DNA of 64,000 nucleotides from Eledone cirrhosa. Lineage: Eukaryota. Of this stretch, positions 13,963 through 25,460 are shown piece after piece. Below the pieces are notes generated by a model that was not told where the DNA came from, ran no database searches, and was given only the letters and a program-made list of their open reading frames with translations. Each line of letters begins with the position of its first letter. Within the stretch, counting starts at the first letter, position 1. The stretch lies in NCBI GenBank assembly GCA_964016885.1, contig CAXHJY010001250.1, forward strand, positions 1 to 64,000, read 5' to 3'. A program made the translations under genes and the position numbers.

Positions 13963-15410
13963 TGGTCAGATGTGCATCACTTCATTATTTTGAGGCAGAA
14001 AGCATCTTAATTTAGTCGTTATTCCTCAAATGGCGCCGAAAAAGCCAATTGCCTGAAACAGACAGCAAACGAAGCGAATGAATGAAGCAATAGCTAAGTG
14101 ATTAAGAATTCGATGTTGAATAAACAATAACAACCATAACCACAACTAGAAGACAATAGAACAATTGGCGTGACCTTAACCCCACTTGCCCTTAGAGAAA
14201 CAAATGAATCGCTTGAACATTTGTCCTTATCTTCTTTGATTGCTAAATGCTTGTTTGTATGTATTTTTTAACGCTAAAACCAGACAAAGAAATATTAGCA
14301 CAACTGATTACCAATGTCGAACAAATATTTGCTTGTCTATCTTCACTAATTTGTTAAATATTTGTTTGTCCTTCTTGATGTTTTTTTCTTTTTTATTTCC
14401 GTATATTTTCTTTGCCTTTTCCCACCCATCTCTCTTTTCCTTAGTCTCACACTTTTCTATATTTCTCCCTGTTGTTCTTTGCATTTCTTGTTATCCTAAA
14501 TTCTCATATCATTATCTCTTCATTGAAATCTATTTTAAGACAGACTTCAATATAATTAATTGATATCTTATTGAATATCTCGCTGATTACATTTCCTTTT
14601 AGTTCAAGTAATTTCCGGCTGTAGTATGGATAGCTATATATGATACGATATAAACGAAAGGGAGCAATGACACGAATAGGTTGGGAGTTAGAGGAAGATA
14701 TGTAGTAAATTGATAATAATAGTAATAATAACAATAATAAAAATAGAGGGGAAAGAATAGAAGATAACTAATAACTGGAAAGGTTGTTGAAGAAAACATC
14801 GAAATAAGACCATAAAGCATAATAAAGAATCCTAAGATAGGTTTCGAATTTGTAAATACAATTTAATATATATAGAGAGTAGGACATGATTCAAGCAGAA
14901 TTGTATACACTCAAAATATTTTTAAGCTTCTAATATCTCCGTGGACAGATGAAAAGATTCACTCGCTCTTGAAGGACTAAGAAAACTAGACATTGATCAG
15001 CTTCCTCCAATGTACTCTGTCCTCATAAATATAAACAAATTTAGTGCATCAATTTCAGTTACCTTTCACAGTGGTACCTTGCGTATGAAATGATTATACG
15101 GATTACCAAAACATGCCGAGAAGGGTATTTTCAATTAATTAGGTTACTACATTTTCAGTGCATACTCTGTTATGCAAATTAGGCAAAGCGGTTTAAGTGA
15201 GTCCAATTATAAATGTCAATGAGCTATCACCGAGTTTAAATTGTTGATTTTTTTTTACTAGTGAAAGTCTAAGGAAACTAAAATCTAATTCTCACTAATC
15301 GATCTCACTAAGTGTACATCGAGATTGAAATTCTGAACGCAGCACTTTCGAACGGGTCCCTAGTTTCATCCCACTGCGTTGTATATTGGCAAGTATTATT
15401 TGTTATAGTC

Positions 15411-15602
15411 GGGCGGTGGATTGTCACTATCGGTAGAGGGTCGGACGCCATGCTTTGATGCATAGAGTTACGGCCCTTGCCATTCTGAGTTCATATCCCG
15501 CCGAGGTTAACTTTGCCTTTCATCCTTACGGGATCGATAAAATAAAGTACCAGTAATGCGCTGCATAATTGCTGGACTTGTGCCAAAAGTAGAAACAATT
15601 AT
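15411..15602 (+). mobile_element. SINE, full length
   Basis: gggcggtggattg... through ...agaaacaatt, matching the other copies. Confidence 0.85.
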
Positions 15603-16499
15603 TTATTATAGTCAGATAGTCAGGTTTTAACTTATGCCTTCTGAATCTCATCAGGTAAACGCACACTATTCGGAAGCTCTTCGGAATCAGTGTACCTATA
15701 ATTCTTTATGCGCTACATTGCAGTGAATCCCAGTGAGAATTACATTAAGGATACGTCTAAACCACCAATGGCCCATCTATTCGTTAGGAATGTATTACAT
15801 TACATTTCAAATTTTCTAAAAACGTTGTGTAGTACGTTTCCAATTAATTAATTTAAACTATTTATATTTATTCGGTAATACTTAAATACATTTTCATAGG
15901 ACATTTCTTTTACTTTATGCTTTTCAAAGTGTTCTAAGAAAAAGAAAACGGCTTTAGCTATTCTACAGTATGAAAGTAAATGACATATTAGGTATTGTAT
16001 TACTTGATAGCCTATATTATTGCTGTAGAAAAGAAAAGAAACTGGCTGGTCACTGCTGGAATGACTCTAATCATATGTCAGCTTCGATCATAAACATATT
16101 TATAAAGTCGAAGTTTGATGTATATTGTGTGGCGAACTTTATTTTTAGTTCTATTATTCTTTTGGTCTTCATACGATAAGTCCAAACTGAGATAACTACA
16201 GAGAAGCAAGCAATAAGAAGGAAAGATATTTACTACGGAAGTCTACCCACCACCACCTCCACCATTATAACTCCCGCGCCCACACACATACACATACATC
16301 AACACATGTGATTGTCTATGGCAGTTTGTCTTCCGTTTTTTTGTTTTGTTGTTGTTGTTGAAATGTTTATCTATAACGGATACGGAGACACTCTAGTGAA
16401 TTTTGGTGCAAGTTGCAAAACAAAAACATAATGAGATTAAAGATAAAAATATACACACAGAAACTCAGGCACATACACACAGACACACAAAGAAAAAAG

Positions 16500-16615
16500 A
16501 GAAGAAGAAGAAGAAGGAGAAGAAGAAGAAGAAGAAGAAGAAGAAGAAGAAGAAGAAGAAGAAGAAGAAGAAGAAGAAGAAGAAGAAGAAGAAGAAGAAG
16601 AAGAAGAAGAAGAAA
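16500..16615 (+). repeat. (GAA)n microsatellite
   Basis: Direct observation. Confidence 0.95.
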
Positions 16616-17113
16616 GCAGTGAGAGGCAGAGACCGAGGAAAATATAAATAAATATGTGTTATCAAAGTGCAAAATTTATTTTAAATGGCTTCGTCGAAGT
16701 GGTGTTTTATACAAATACTCGCTCAAATTACCCTTTCAAACATTAATAGTTCTTCAAATTCGCTATTCATATCATTTTCATCAGCTTCAGTATACAATTT
16801 TATTCTTTTTTGCTGTTCATTATTTCAATTATTTCTCCAAATCTTATTATGTCCTTTCAAAAATTTAATTAAGCTTTATATAATGCAATGTTGTTAATAT
16901 TTTCATGTTTTCTCTTTTCCAAATCTACTATGTCAAATTTTATTCAGCACATATTTCGCATAGAAAGGAAATCTTTTCGAACCATATGGAATAAGACAGG
17001 AAAGTTATATCTAATAACCAATATGATAATTATAAGTATATAAATTATACATGTATACATTATCAATTCATACTAAATTTAATTGTAATTTATTATAATT
17101 ATATATCATCAGA

Positions 17114-17312
17114 GGGCGGTGGATTGGCGGTATCAGTTGATGGTCGGACGCCATGCTTTGCAGCAAAGAGTTACAGCCCTTTATGGTCTGAGTTCAAATC
17201 CGGCCGAGGTTAATTTGGCCTTTCATCCTTACGGGGTCGATAAAATAAAATACCAGTAATGCACTGGGATAATTGCTGGGCCTTGTGCCAAAAGTAGAAA
17301 CAACTATTATTA
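17114..17312 (+). mobile_element. SINE, full length
   Basis: Same family; B-box gagttcaaatcc. Confidence 0.85.
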
Positions 17313-17977
17313 TATATTTTGAATGAATACATTTCTTAAATTAGTTACAAAGGTTTTAAGGTATCTCATGCATAACTATAAATTCGGCACTTTAAGTGGG
17401 TTGTCAGTGATCCGTCAGTGAGTCTAATATATATTTTCCTTTTTTCCTCTATTATTTAACAGAAAAAATATATATGCATGCTAACACGTATTCAGACAAA
17501 CAAACATAATTACATACATAATTACAAACGAGGATGCCGGCACACTCACACACCTATATATATATATATATATATATGAAAATAGGAAGAAAGAGACGAT
17601 TATGAGGAAGAAAACATTTTTTTTTCATTTTTGTTGCTGTTTGTCTCTCTCTCTCTCTCTCTTTTCTGGGTTAGAAAATGATTAAAACGAAATCTTTTAT
17701 ACACATGTGTGTGTGTCTGTGTGTGCGTGTGTGAGTGTGTATTTGTGTATCTGTGTGTCTGTATGTGCTTACGTGTGTTTGCGTGTGGGTCCGTTCGTGT
17801 GAGCCACTGCTGATTACAACTAATCTGACAATCTTGAACTAATTATAAACAACCCCTCATGGAAAATTCATAAGAATTTTGAAAATTCAAAATATTAATA
17901 TCTTAATAAACAAGTATTATAGCTGAATGATAAAAATCTTGAAATTCGTATGCAATGCTCTTACATATACAGATATC

Positions 17978-18032
17978 TGTTAGAACACGAAAAGTGTGAA
18001 ACAACAGAATGTTCACTTTTCGTGTTCTAACA
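17978..18032. repeat. 19 bp perfect inverted repeat
   Basis: tgttagaacacgaaaagtg / cacttttcgtgttctaaca. Confidence 0.85.
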
Positions 18033-18126
18033 TATATGCCTAACTTCTTCATAAATTTTCCGGGGATAGCCGTGGTAGTGGTGATCGTATGTCATTGGCT
18101 AATTTTCAACCAATCAGAGTAAGTGT

Positions 18127-18193
<67 letters not shown>

Positions 18194-18724
18194 CTATTCC
18201 CCCTCTCTCTATATATATCTTACGCTTTCGCTTTACACTCCTCCCCTTCAATAACACATTTCCCCCTCTCTATATATCTCTTATACTGTTACACTTATAT
18301 TTCCATTTATTTATTACCCCCTCTCTCTATATCTCTTCCACTGTTACTTACGCCTGTTTCTCTCTATCTGTTCCGTCTCTATATATATCTCTCTTACTCT
18401 TTCGCTTTGCACTCCTCCCCTTCAATACCATCTCTCCCCCTCTCTATATATTTGTTACTCTATCGCTGCACGCTCCTCTCCTTCAATATATCAATTACAC
18501 ACGCTTTACACTCCTTTATCCCCAGCGCCCCTATATATACCCCCCCCCCGCATCTATATTTTAATGTTCCGTTGCACCGTGAATATATGTGTCTATATAT
18601 ATATACATATATATTGTATATACACATTCATGTATGTGTATACACACTCATGTATGTATATACACTGGTTTTATGTGTGTATTGTAAATTTGTACTGTTA
18701 AAACACGAAACTAACATTCGATTG

Positions 18725-18800
18725 ACACTTTGATTACCTGTACAGGCAATAGTTATTAGAATGCTGTTGAAGTGTGTATATATTTTGGGGGGACATCCTG
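18725..18800 (-). mobile_element. Partial Tc1/mariner-type MITE, same family as 22995
   Basis: acctgtacagg...ttagaatgctgttgaagtgtgtatata...ggacatcctg-TA. Confidence 0.65.
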
Positions 18801-19068
18801 TATATACACACATTATATATAATACAATGAACTGATAAATACACACATATATATATGAGCTTATTTAATTATAAATATTGTGAATTTTTAACTCAGTTCA
18901 ATTATATATATAAATGGCTTCTACAGGACTAGAACTGTTTCATTCAAATATTTCAAATCAAATGTGTATAAGTTATAAGTTAAAATGTATAAATAGAGAC
19001 GAGAATCTCCCTTTAATGAAACAGCAGACGATAGAATTAAGGCAATTTAAATTTTAAGCATTTGCATT

Positions 19069-19120
19069 TTTGCCTTTCATCGTTACGGGGTCGATAAAAT
19101 AAAGTACCAGTAATACACTG
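19069..19120 (+). mobile_element. SINE fragment
   Basis: tttgcctttcatcgttacggggtcgataaaataaagtaccagtaat. Confidence 0.8.
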
Positions 19121-19481
19121 TCACTATAAGTAGACGACTTTCAAATTGAATTGTTGGTTCCATTTCTTTAGTATTTTCAATTGTAGTTATCTACTTAAAA
19201 AGCGTTACACGGTTAGAGACATAATTGGTAAGTTATATCTTCCCTATTAAACCATTGCATTATTTCGCCTACAATAGAACAAAAATGAAATGTTCTTTAA
19301 AGAAACAGGAATATAACTTTATAAAAAAAAAGTTGCATCCGCTTCTTTTATCATTGATAATTTTTTCGTTTTAATATTAATTGTTTTTTGTAGTTGTTTA
19401 TATTAAAAATCTTACTGTAATATTTACTTAAACGAAGGCAGACATCTAAACTTATAGATTAATCTTGAGCGAAGGACTAGA

Positions 19482-19814
<333 letters not shown>

Positions 19815-19956
19815 TGAATTTCTCCTAAGTATTCAATACTCTGTTGAGAAATACATTTTACATAAACAATCTTTGTACCATTTATACGGTATTAATTACT
19901 TATATTTATATATATATATATATAGCGTATGATTAGAACTGTGTTTATTATTAATA

Positions 19957-20033
19957 TTACGGGGTCGATAAAATAAAGTACCAGTAATGTACTGGGTAAT
20001 TGCTGGCCTTGTGCCAAAAGTAGAAACAATTAT
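19957..20033 (+). mobile_element. SINE 3' fragment
   Basis: ttacggggtcgataaaataaagtacc...gtagaaacaattatt. Confidence 0.85.
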
Positions 20034-20084
20034 TAATATTTTAATGGATTTAATGAAAAAATTTAGGTGTTCATATATATATTC

Positions 20085-20146
20085 TAAAAATGCGCGAAAT
20101 CGTGAATCCGCGATAGTTGAACCGCCAAGTAGCCAGGTATCACTGT
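20085..20146. mobile_element. Probable pogo/Tigger-like transposon end
   Basis: ...cgcgatagttgaaccgccaagtagccaggtatcactg-TA resembles a CAGT-type terminus. No partner TIR found. Confidence 0.4.
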
Positions 20147-20173
20147 ATATATGTTTAAATATATAGTGTAGCT

Positions 20174-20647
20174 GTGATGTATCTCGCGAGTGAATCGAGA
20201 CCTGTCACTGATTTTGGTGTCCCCACTGCCGATGTGAATGAGCAACGCTGCACTTGTGAATTGGGTCTTGATGTTGCAGGCAGTTCATATACTTACAATG
20301 ATGCGGTCCCACAAGCTTGTTCACATTCCTGTGCTAATAATCTAGATGGGCGTATTAAATTGGATGTGAAAGCAGCTTACCGGATGCGGAATCGGGAGAA
20401 GTTGAGACAAAAACAGGCCGATTATAGAGCTGTGAATTTTGCTAAATTAACACAAAAACAGGCCAAGTATAGATGTTCAAAACGGTATGAGTTGGCAAAC
20501 AAGCAGGCCAAGTATAGGTCTGCAAATTCAGCTATTATATCTCAAAAGCAAGCCGAGCGTAGAGCTTCTAAACGTACCGAGTTGGCTAAAGAGCAGACCA
20601 AGTACAGATCTGCAAATCAAGACAAAGTATTACAAGCGTTGCCTTAA
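20174..20647 (+). CDS. ORF with six tandem 15-aa basic helical repeats (KQAxYRxxN); probably a mobile-element-derived fragment
   Basis: Protein-level periodicity with diverged codons, not a microsatellite. No catalytic motif seen. Confidence 0.45.
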   Translation: MMYLASESRPVTDFGVPTADVNEQRCTCELGLDVAGSSYTYNDAVPQACSHSCANNLDGRIKLDVKAAYRMRNREKLRQKQADYRAVNFAKLTQKQAKYRCSKRYELANKQAKYRSANSAIISQKQAERRASKRTELAKEQTKYRSANQDKVLQALP

Positions 20648-20912
20648 AAAAATATTAAACTAGACATGAAAAATGCGCAAGCTCAAAAGTGCCACAGAAT
20701 GTTATAATAAACCTTCAAAAGTGTGGGACTAGAGTTGTTGCTAAAAAATATTGTAATCATTATATATCGTACATTCTGTGGCATCCTTTATAAAAATAGC
20801 TTAAACCAACGAAGCCTTTATTTTTACGCTATTTCACTTAGTTAATTCTTAGAGTGTAACATATAAAAATAAATACATCTATGTTTAATGTAATAACAGC
20901 TATAAATAATTA

Positions 20913-21094
20913 CTGGCAGTATCGGTAGAGGGTCGGACGCCATGCTTTCCAGCATAGTTACGTCCCTTTACGATCTGAGTTCAAATCCCGCCGAGGTTGA
21001 CTTTGCCTTTCATCCTTACGGGGTCGATAAAATAAAGTACCAGTAATGCACTGGGTAATTGCTGGCCTTGTGCCTAAAGTAGAAACAATTATTA
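20913..21094 (+). mobile_element. SINE
   Basis: Family consensus match. Confidence 0.85.
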
Positions 21095-21445
21095 TCATAT
21101 ACTCATAGTAACAAAATAATTGTGTTGAAAATTAATATGATGCTTATATGAACGATCAAATCTATAATGATAATTTCTTAAATATACTAATAGTAAAATA
21201 ATTTAGTTATCTATTGTTACATTTTCATAGAACTATAATATTAACAATCGTATTGCATTATCAAATTTTTATCACTACAAACTTTCATATTGGAATTACC
21301 TTAAGCCACTTATTATTACTTCGCTTTCGTACTTTTACAGCTGTAGATATTTCGCTGTATCTTATATCTAATATCAATATCTCATGGTAATTTGCATGTA
21401 GTGTAAAATAGGTTTATTAATAACTTTAATATGAAATGTATTATA

Positions 21446-21533
21446 CAGGGCTGCGGAGTCGGCCAAAAATTGACTGGCTCCAACTCAGGATCCGATACTC
21501 CATTATTTCCTAAATTTCAGCTCCGCAGCTCTG
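21446..21533. mobile_element. hAT-type MITE
   Basis: TIR cagggctgcggag / ctccgcagctctg. 8-bp flanks gtattata / ttattata (7/8 match, TSD-like). Confidence 0.7.
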
Positions 21534-21836
21534 TTATTATATTAATTAATTTATTTTATAGTTGTAAATCATATTTTTATATGTTACACTCTAAGAATTA
21601 ACTAAGTGAAATAGCGTAAAAATAAAGGCTTCGTTGGTTTAAGCTATTTTTATAAAGGATGCCACAGAATGTACGATATATAATGATTACAATATTTTTT
21701 AGCAACAGCTCTAGTCCTACACTTTTGAAGGTTTATTATAACATTCTGTGGCACTTTTGAGCTTGCGCATTTTTCATGTCTAGTATATATATACCTGGTT
21801 GAACCCGGAATACACAGACGCACACATACACGCACG

Positions 21837-21974
<138 letters not shown>

Positions 21975-21989
21975 TATATATATATATAT

Positions 21990-22775
21990 TGCAATCTGAT
22001 GAAGACCCAACATGTTTATGGTACTATCTGCAGAGACATAAAAGTGGTATCTGAAGAAATTTGGCCTAAGACATGGCTTTCCATTCCACAGTGGATGTCA
22101 CAAAAAAGAAAGCAATATGGAATCAGAAGAGATATGGCAATACATCAGCCCAATATAGAATAGTGAAGGCTGAATCCAAGGAATTCGTTAAATCAGACAA
22201 ATTTAGGCAAATGTTCAGAACGTTGACGAGCTGATAACCTGCCATCCCATAGGTGATATATTGCTGATTTGAAGAATACTAACTAAATCAAAAACAATTA
22301 TCTGAGGCCTCAAAGATCCAAACGGTACTAATCTCAGTACCAAAGATTATATCCTTGAATGCTAGGATACATTCTAAGTACTGTACTTCAGCAACTCACA
22401 ACCTACAACCATTCATATGCCATTCCACGTATCTTAACTAGGGGGATATCTCATGCCATCAACAATTTAAAATGAGGAAAGAGCCCTGGATGAGATAAAA
22501 AAATAGTCAGAATTCATAAAAGCTGGAGGTGAACCAATTATCAAAGCATTTTAACATATTTTAAACTCTATTATCACAGCAACAACAACAACAAAAAGAC
22601 CAGATATGTTCAAGTAAGCATTGATAGTTGTACTCTACAAAAAGTAGCAGACTTGATTGTGGGAACTATCGTCTTGTCAGCCTATTGAGTCATATTTATA
22701 AGCTTTTCATGAGTATAATTGCAGCACAGGTGAAGTCAGATATGTATGCCTCATGTCCTGAAACGCAAGCTGCGT
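21990..22775 (+). pseudogene. Decayed RTE-like LINE reverse transcriptase fragment
   Basis: KSPG*D and DCGNYRLVSLLSHIYKLF motifs, with stop codons. Confidence 0.7.
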
Positions 22776-22994
22776 GGTGTGGATATGTTATGACTAGACA
22801 TAACCTTCTTTATGTTTACATATGTGTGTGCATGTGTATAACTTGTAATATAATACATTATTCTCGGTGGTGTTAACATACAAGCAAGCCTTAAATTTCT
22901 TATATATATGTATATATATATATATATATATAATACATTTGACTTGATGTTGCAAATGTAGTAACACACTTTAAACTTGTTTGTCATATATATA

Positions 22995-23094
22995 CAGGGT
23001 GTCCGAAACAAATATATACACACTTCGACAGCATTCTAATAAACATTTCCTGTACAGGTAATCAGAAGTGAGTATAACCTTTTGGGACACCCTG
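22995..23094. mobile_element. Tc1/mariner-type MITE
   Basis: TA-cagggtgtcc ... ggacaccctg-TA. Confidence 0.8.
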
Positions 23095-23479
23095 TATATA
23101 TATATGACACATTTAAAGTTTGTATATTTGTAACCTCGAGACTAATGTATTATTACACTCACAACACACATATATGCAAATATGAGAAAGGTTCGGGTTT
23201 AATAAATAGAAAACTTGTGATATAAGAGTTACATATAAAGTTTACCAATATGAGGATAGTTTTGTTGTATCGGTAGACAGGATTTGTCTACCAGTTTACA
23301 TATACGCTCTATAAACATGGAACTGGATAGTTATGTTTAAAAACTTAAATGCATATGGACACAAGTTTTGTATAAACGTACATGTATGTTGACAGGAAAG
23401 TTGTACTTGAATATATACAGGTTGACAGAGCTGTTGAATGTTAAGTGAATTTGTCTTCAACATGTTGTGATGTACTTGA

Positions 23480-23670
23480 TAATCGTTTCTACTTTTAGCA
23501 CAAACCAGCAATTATCTCAGTGCATTACTGGTATTTTATTTTATCGACCCCGTAAGGATGAGAGGCAAAGTTAACTTCGGCGGTTAATTTCAACTCAGAA
23601 CGTTAAAGGCCATAACTCTATACTGCAAAGTATGGTGTCTGACACTCTACAGATACTGCCAATCCACCAC
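23480..23670 (-). mobile_element. SINE, diverged
   Basis: Reverse complement of the family consensus. Confidence 0.8.
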
Positions 23671-24194
23671 GGGAATATTCGTTTACTCCGATACTTACGC
23701 GACATTTTCATCAAATCTGGTAAATGTATGATTTATGATCGTTAGTATAGAAACATAATAACCATCATATGTAATACATTTCCTCTGTAATAAATCACTA
23801 TTATTGACAATGAATATGAGCCCAATTGACATCCTTCGACACACGCATCTACAGATATAAATACATACGTATGTTCTGTCTCTTAGTGAAATATATGCAC
23901 AGGTGCACATTCAGAATTGAACAAGTATAGGTTCACTTGAAATACATACACTCACATTTTTGCATATAGATGCTTGTATACAAATTGTATACACAAGCTC
24001 TTCTATAAATATACAGTCACATATATTCCTGATTAGTTATACGTGCACTCACACACATGCATACATATTGTCACGTATTAACAAATACACATGCTCATAT
24101 TCCTATCTAGACGCACACTAATATAAAATAGTCATTTCTAAAAAATAACATGAAATAACATATATCACCACAAAAGAATATATATATATATAAA

Positions 24195-24224
<30 letters not shown>

Positions 24225-24229
<5 letters not shown>

Positions 24230-24406
24230 TGTTTCTACTTTAGGCACAAGGCCAGCAAATCACCCAGTACATTACTGGTACTTTATTTTATCGACCCCGT
24301 AAGGATGAAAGGCAAAGTTAACCTCGGCGGGATTTGAACTCAGACTGTAAAGGGACGTAACTATGCTAGAAAGCATGGCGTCCAACCCTCTACCGATACT
24401 GCCAAT
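24225..24406 (-). mobile_element. SINE with (ATT)n tail
   Basis: Reverse complement of the consensus, with (TAA)n on both sides. Confidence 0.85.
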
Positions 24407-24422
24407 TCCCCGAATAATAATA

Positions 24423-24451
<29 letters not shown>

Positions 24452-24453
<2 letters not shown>

Positions 24454-25150
24454 CTTTCTCTATTAACCACGAGGGTTTACATAAAGTAGACATTAAGGAC
24501 AGTACAGGACAATACAGGACGGTACAAATGGGCATTTCCGCGTGTAAAAAAAGAGAGGATGCAATAAAAATAACAATGAAAAATTCCCCAATAGGAGGGA
24601 GACTTCCGAAGGACATTTGTGGAGAAAGCCCATTAAAAGGCCACAGTGACCCTGACCACCAGGGCAAGTGCCCTCTCCCAGTTTTCCACCTTTAATTTAA
24701 AGACACATACTCAGTGTAGGCCCATTCACTCGGGCCATACTTGCTTCTCTCACCCATCTTTCAACAAAATGCTGGGAAGAGAGCACTTCCCTCTCTACCC
24801 TGATTTTCCTTTTCAAATGAAATTTGAAAAAGTTAATCAGGGCATCACCGAAGAGGTAAGTGCTCGTCTTCAGCCCTTTCAAATTTGTCCACAATACTAT
24901 TTCTTTCGCCATGGCCACCAGAGAGATAAAAACTGCCTGCCCTTCACGGCTAAAGGAAGAGGGCGGAGCAATCCTAGCAATAGACTCAGCTGATAGCGGG
25001 ATCCGTCCTACACGTGACAGCAGGTGTTAGACATAAACCCACAAGTCAGTAATGCTCACACACAGGACAAGCGCGTGCAGGACGGCTCGTCACCATGCGC
25101 ACATCTCACACATGCCCGGCTGACGGCATCTCCATGCCTGTAGAGTTTAT
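24452..25150 (-). mobile_element. Tx1/L1-like LINE 3' fragment (second copy)
   Basis: MAKEIVLWTNLKGLKT...NFFKFHLKRKI paralogous to the 25461-25976 ORF. Shared 3' UTR. Confidence 0.85.
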
Positions 25151-25460
25151 AATGATTTCTTTATTGGCCGCAAGGGCTGACATCAAGAAAAACATTACAG
25201 ACGGCACAGGACGGTACAGGACGCTACGATGTGGGTTTTGTGCGTGTAAATATTTTGATTATTTATATAAGAAAAGAAGAAAAAAAAGGACATAGAAACA
25301 TATATATATGTAAACAATAAAAATGAAAATTGAAACAATGAAAAATTCCCCAATAGGGGAGAAATCTCCGAGGGTTACTCGTGGCGAAAACCACACAAAA
25401 GACCACGGCCACCCTGACCACCAGGGCAAGCGCCCTCTCTCAATTTTTCCATCTCTCAAA

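Larger units (their letters stand above)
20659..21784. mobile_element. Element with ~213 bp terminal inverted repeats (20659-20871 / 21572-21784), ends ACTAG...CTAGT
   Basis: Near-identical reverse-complement arms. The spacer contains a SINE and a hAT MITE. Confidence 0.8.

Noticed and set aside
21990-22030. CTGATGA at ~21996 (also ~38623 and ~60155) as hammerheads
   Set aside because: No properly placed stem II + GAAA + UH + stem I could be built.
22790-23200. Old degenerate inverted repeat around the Tc1 MITE
   Set aside because: The similarity is mostly low-complexity sequence and I could not define the arms reliably.
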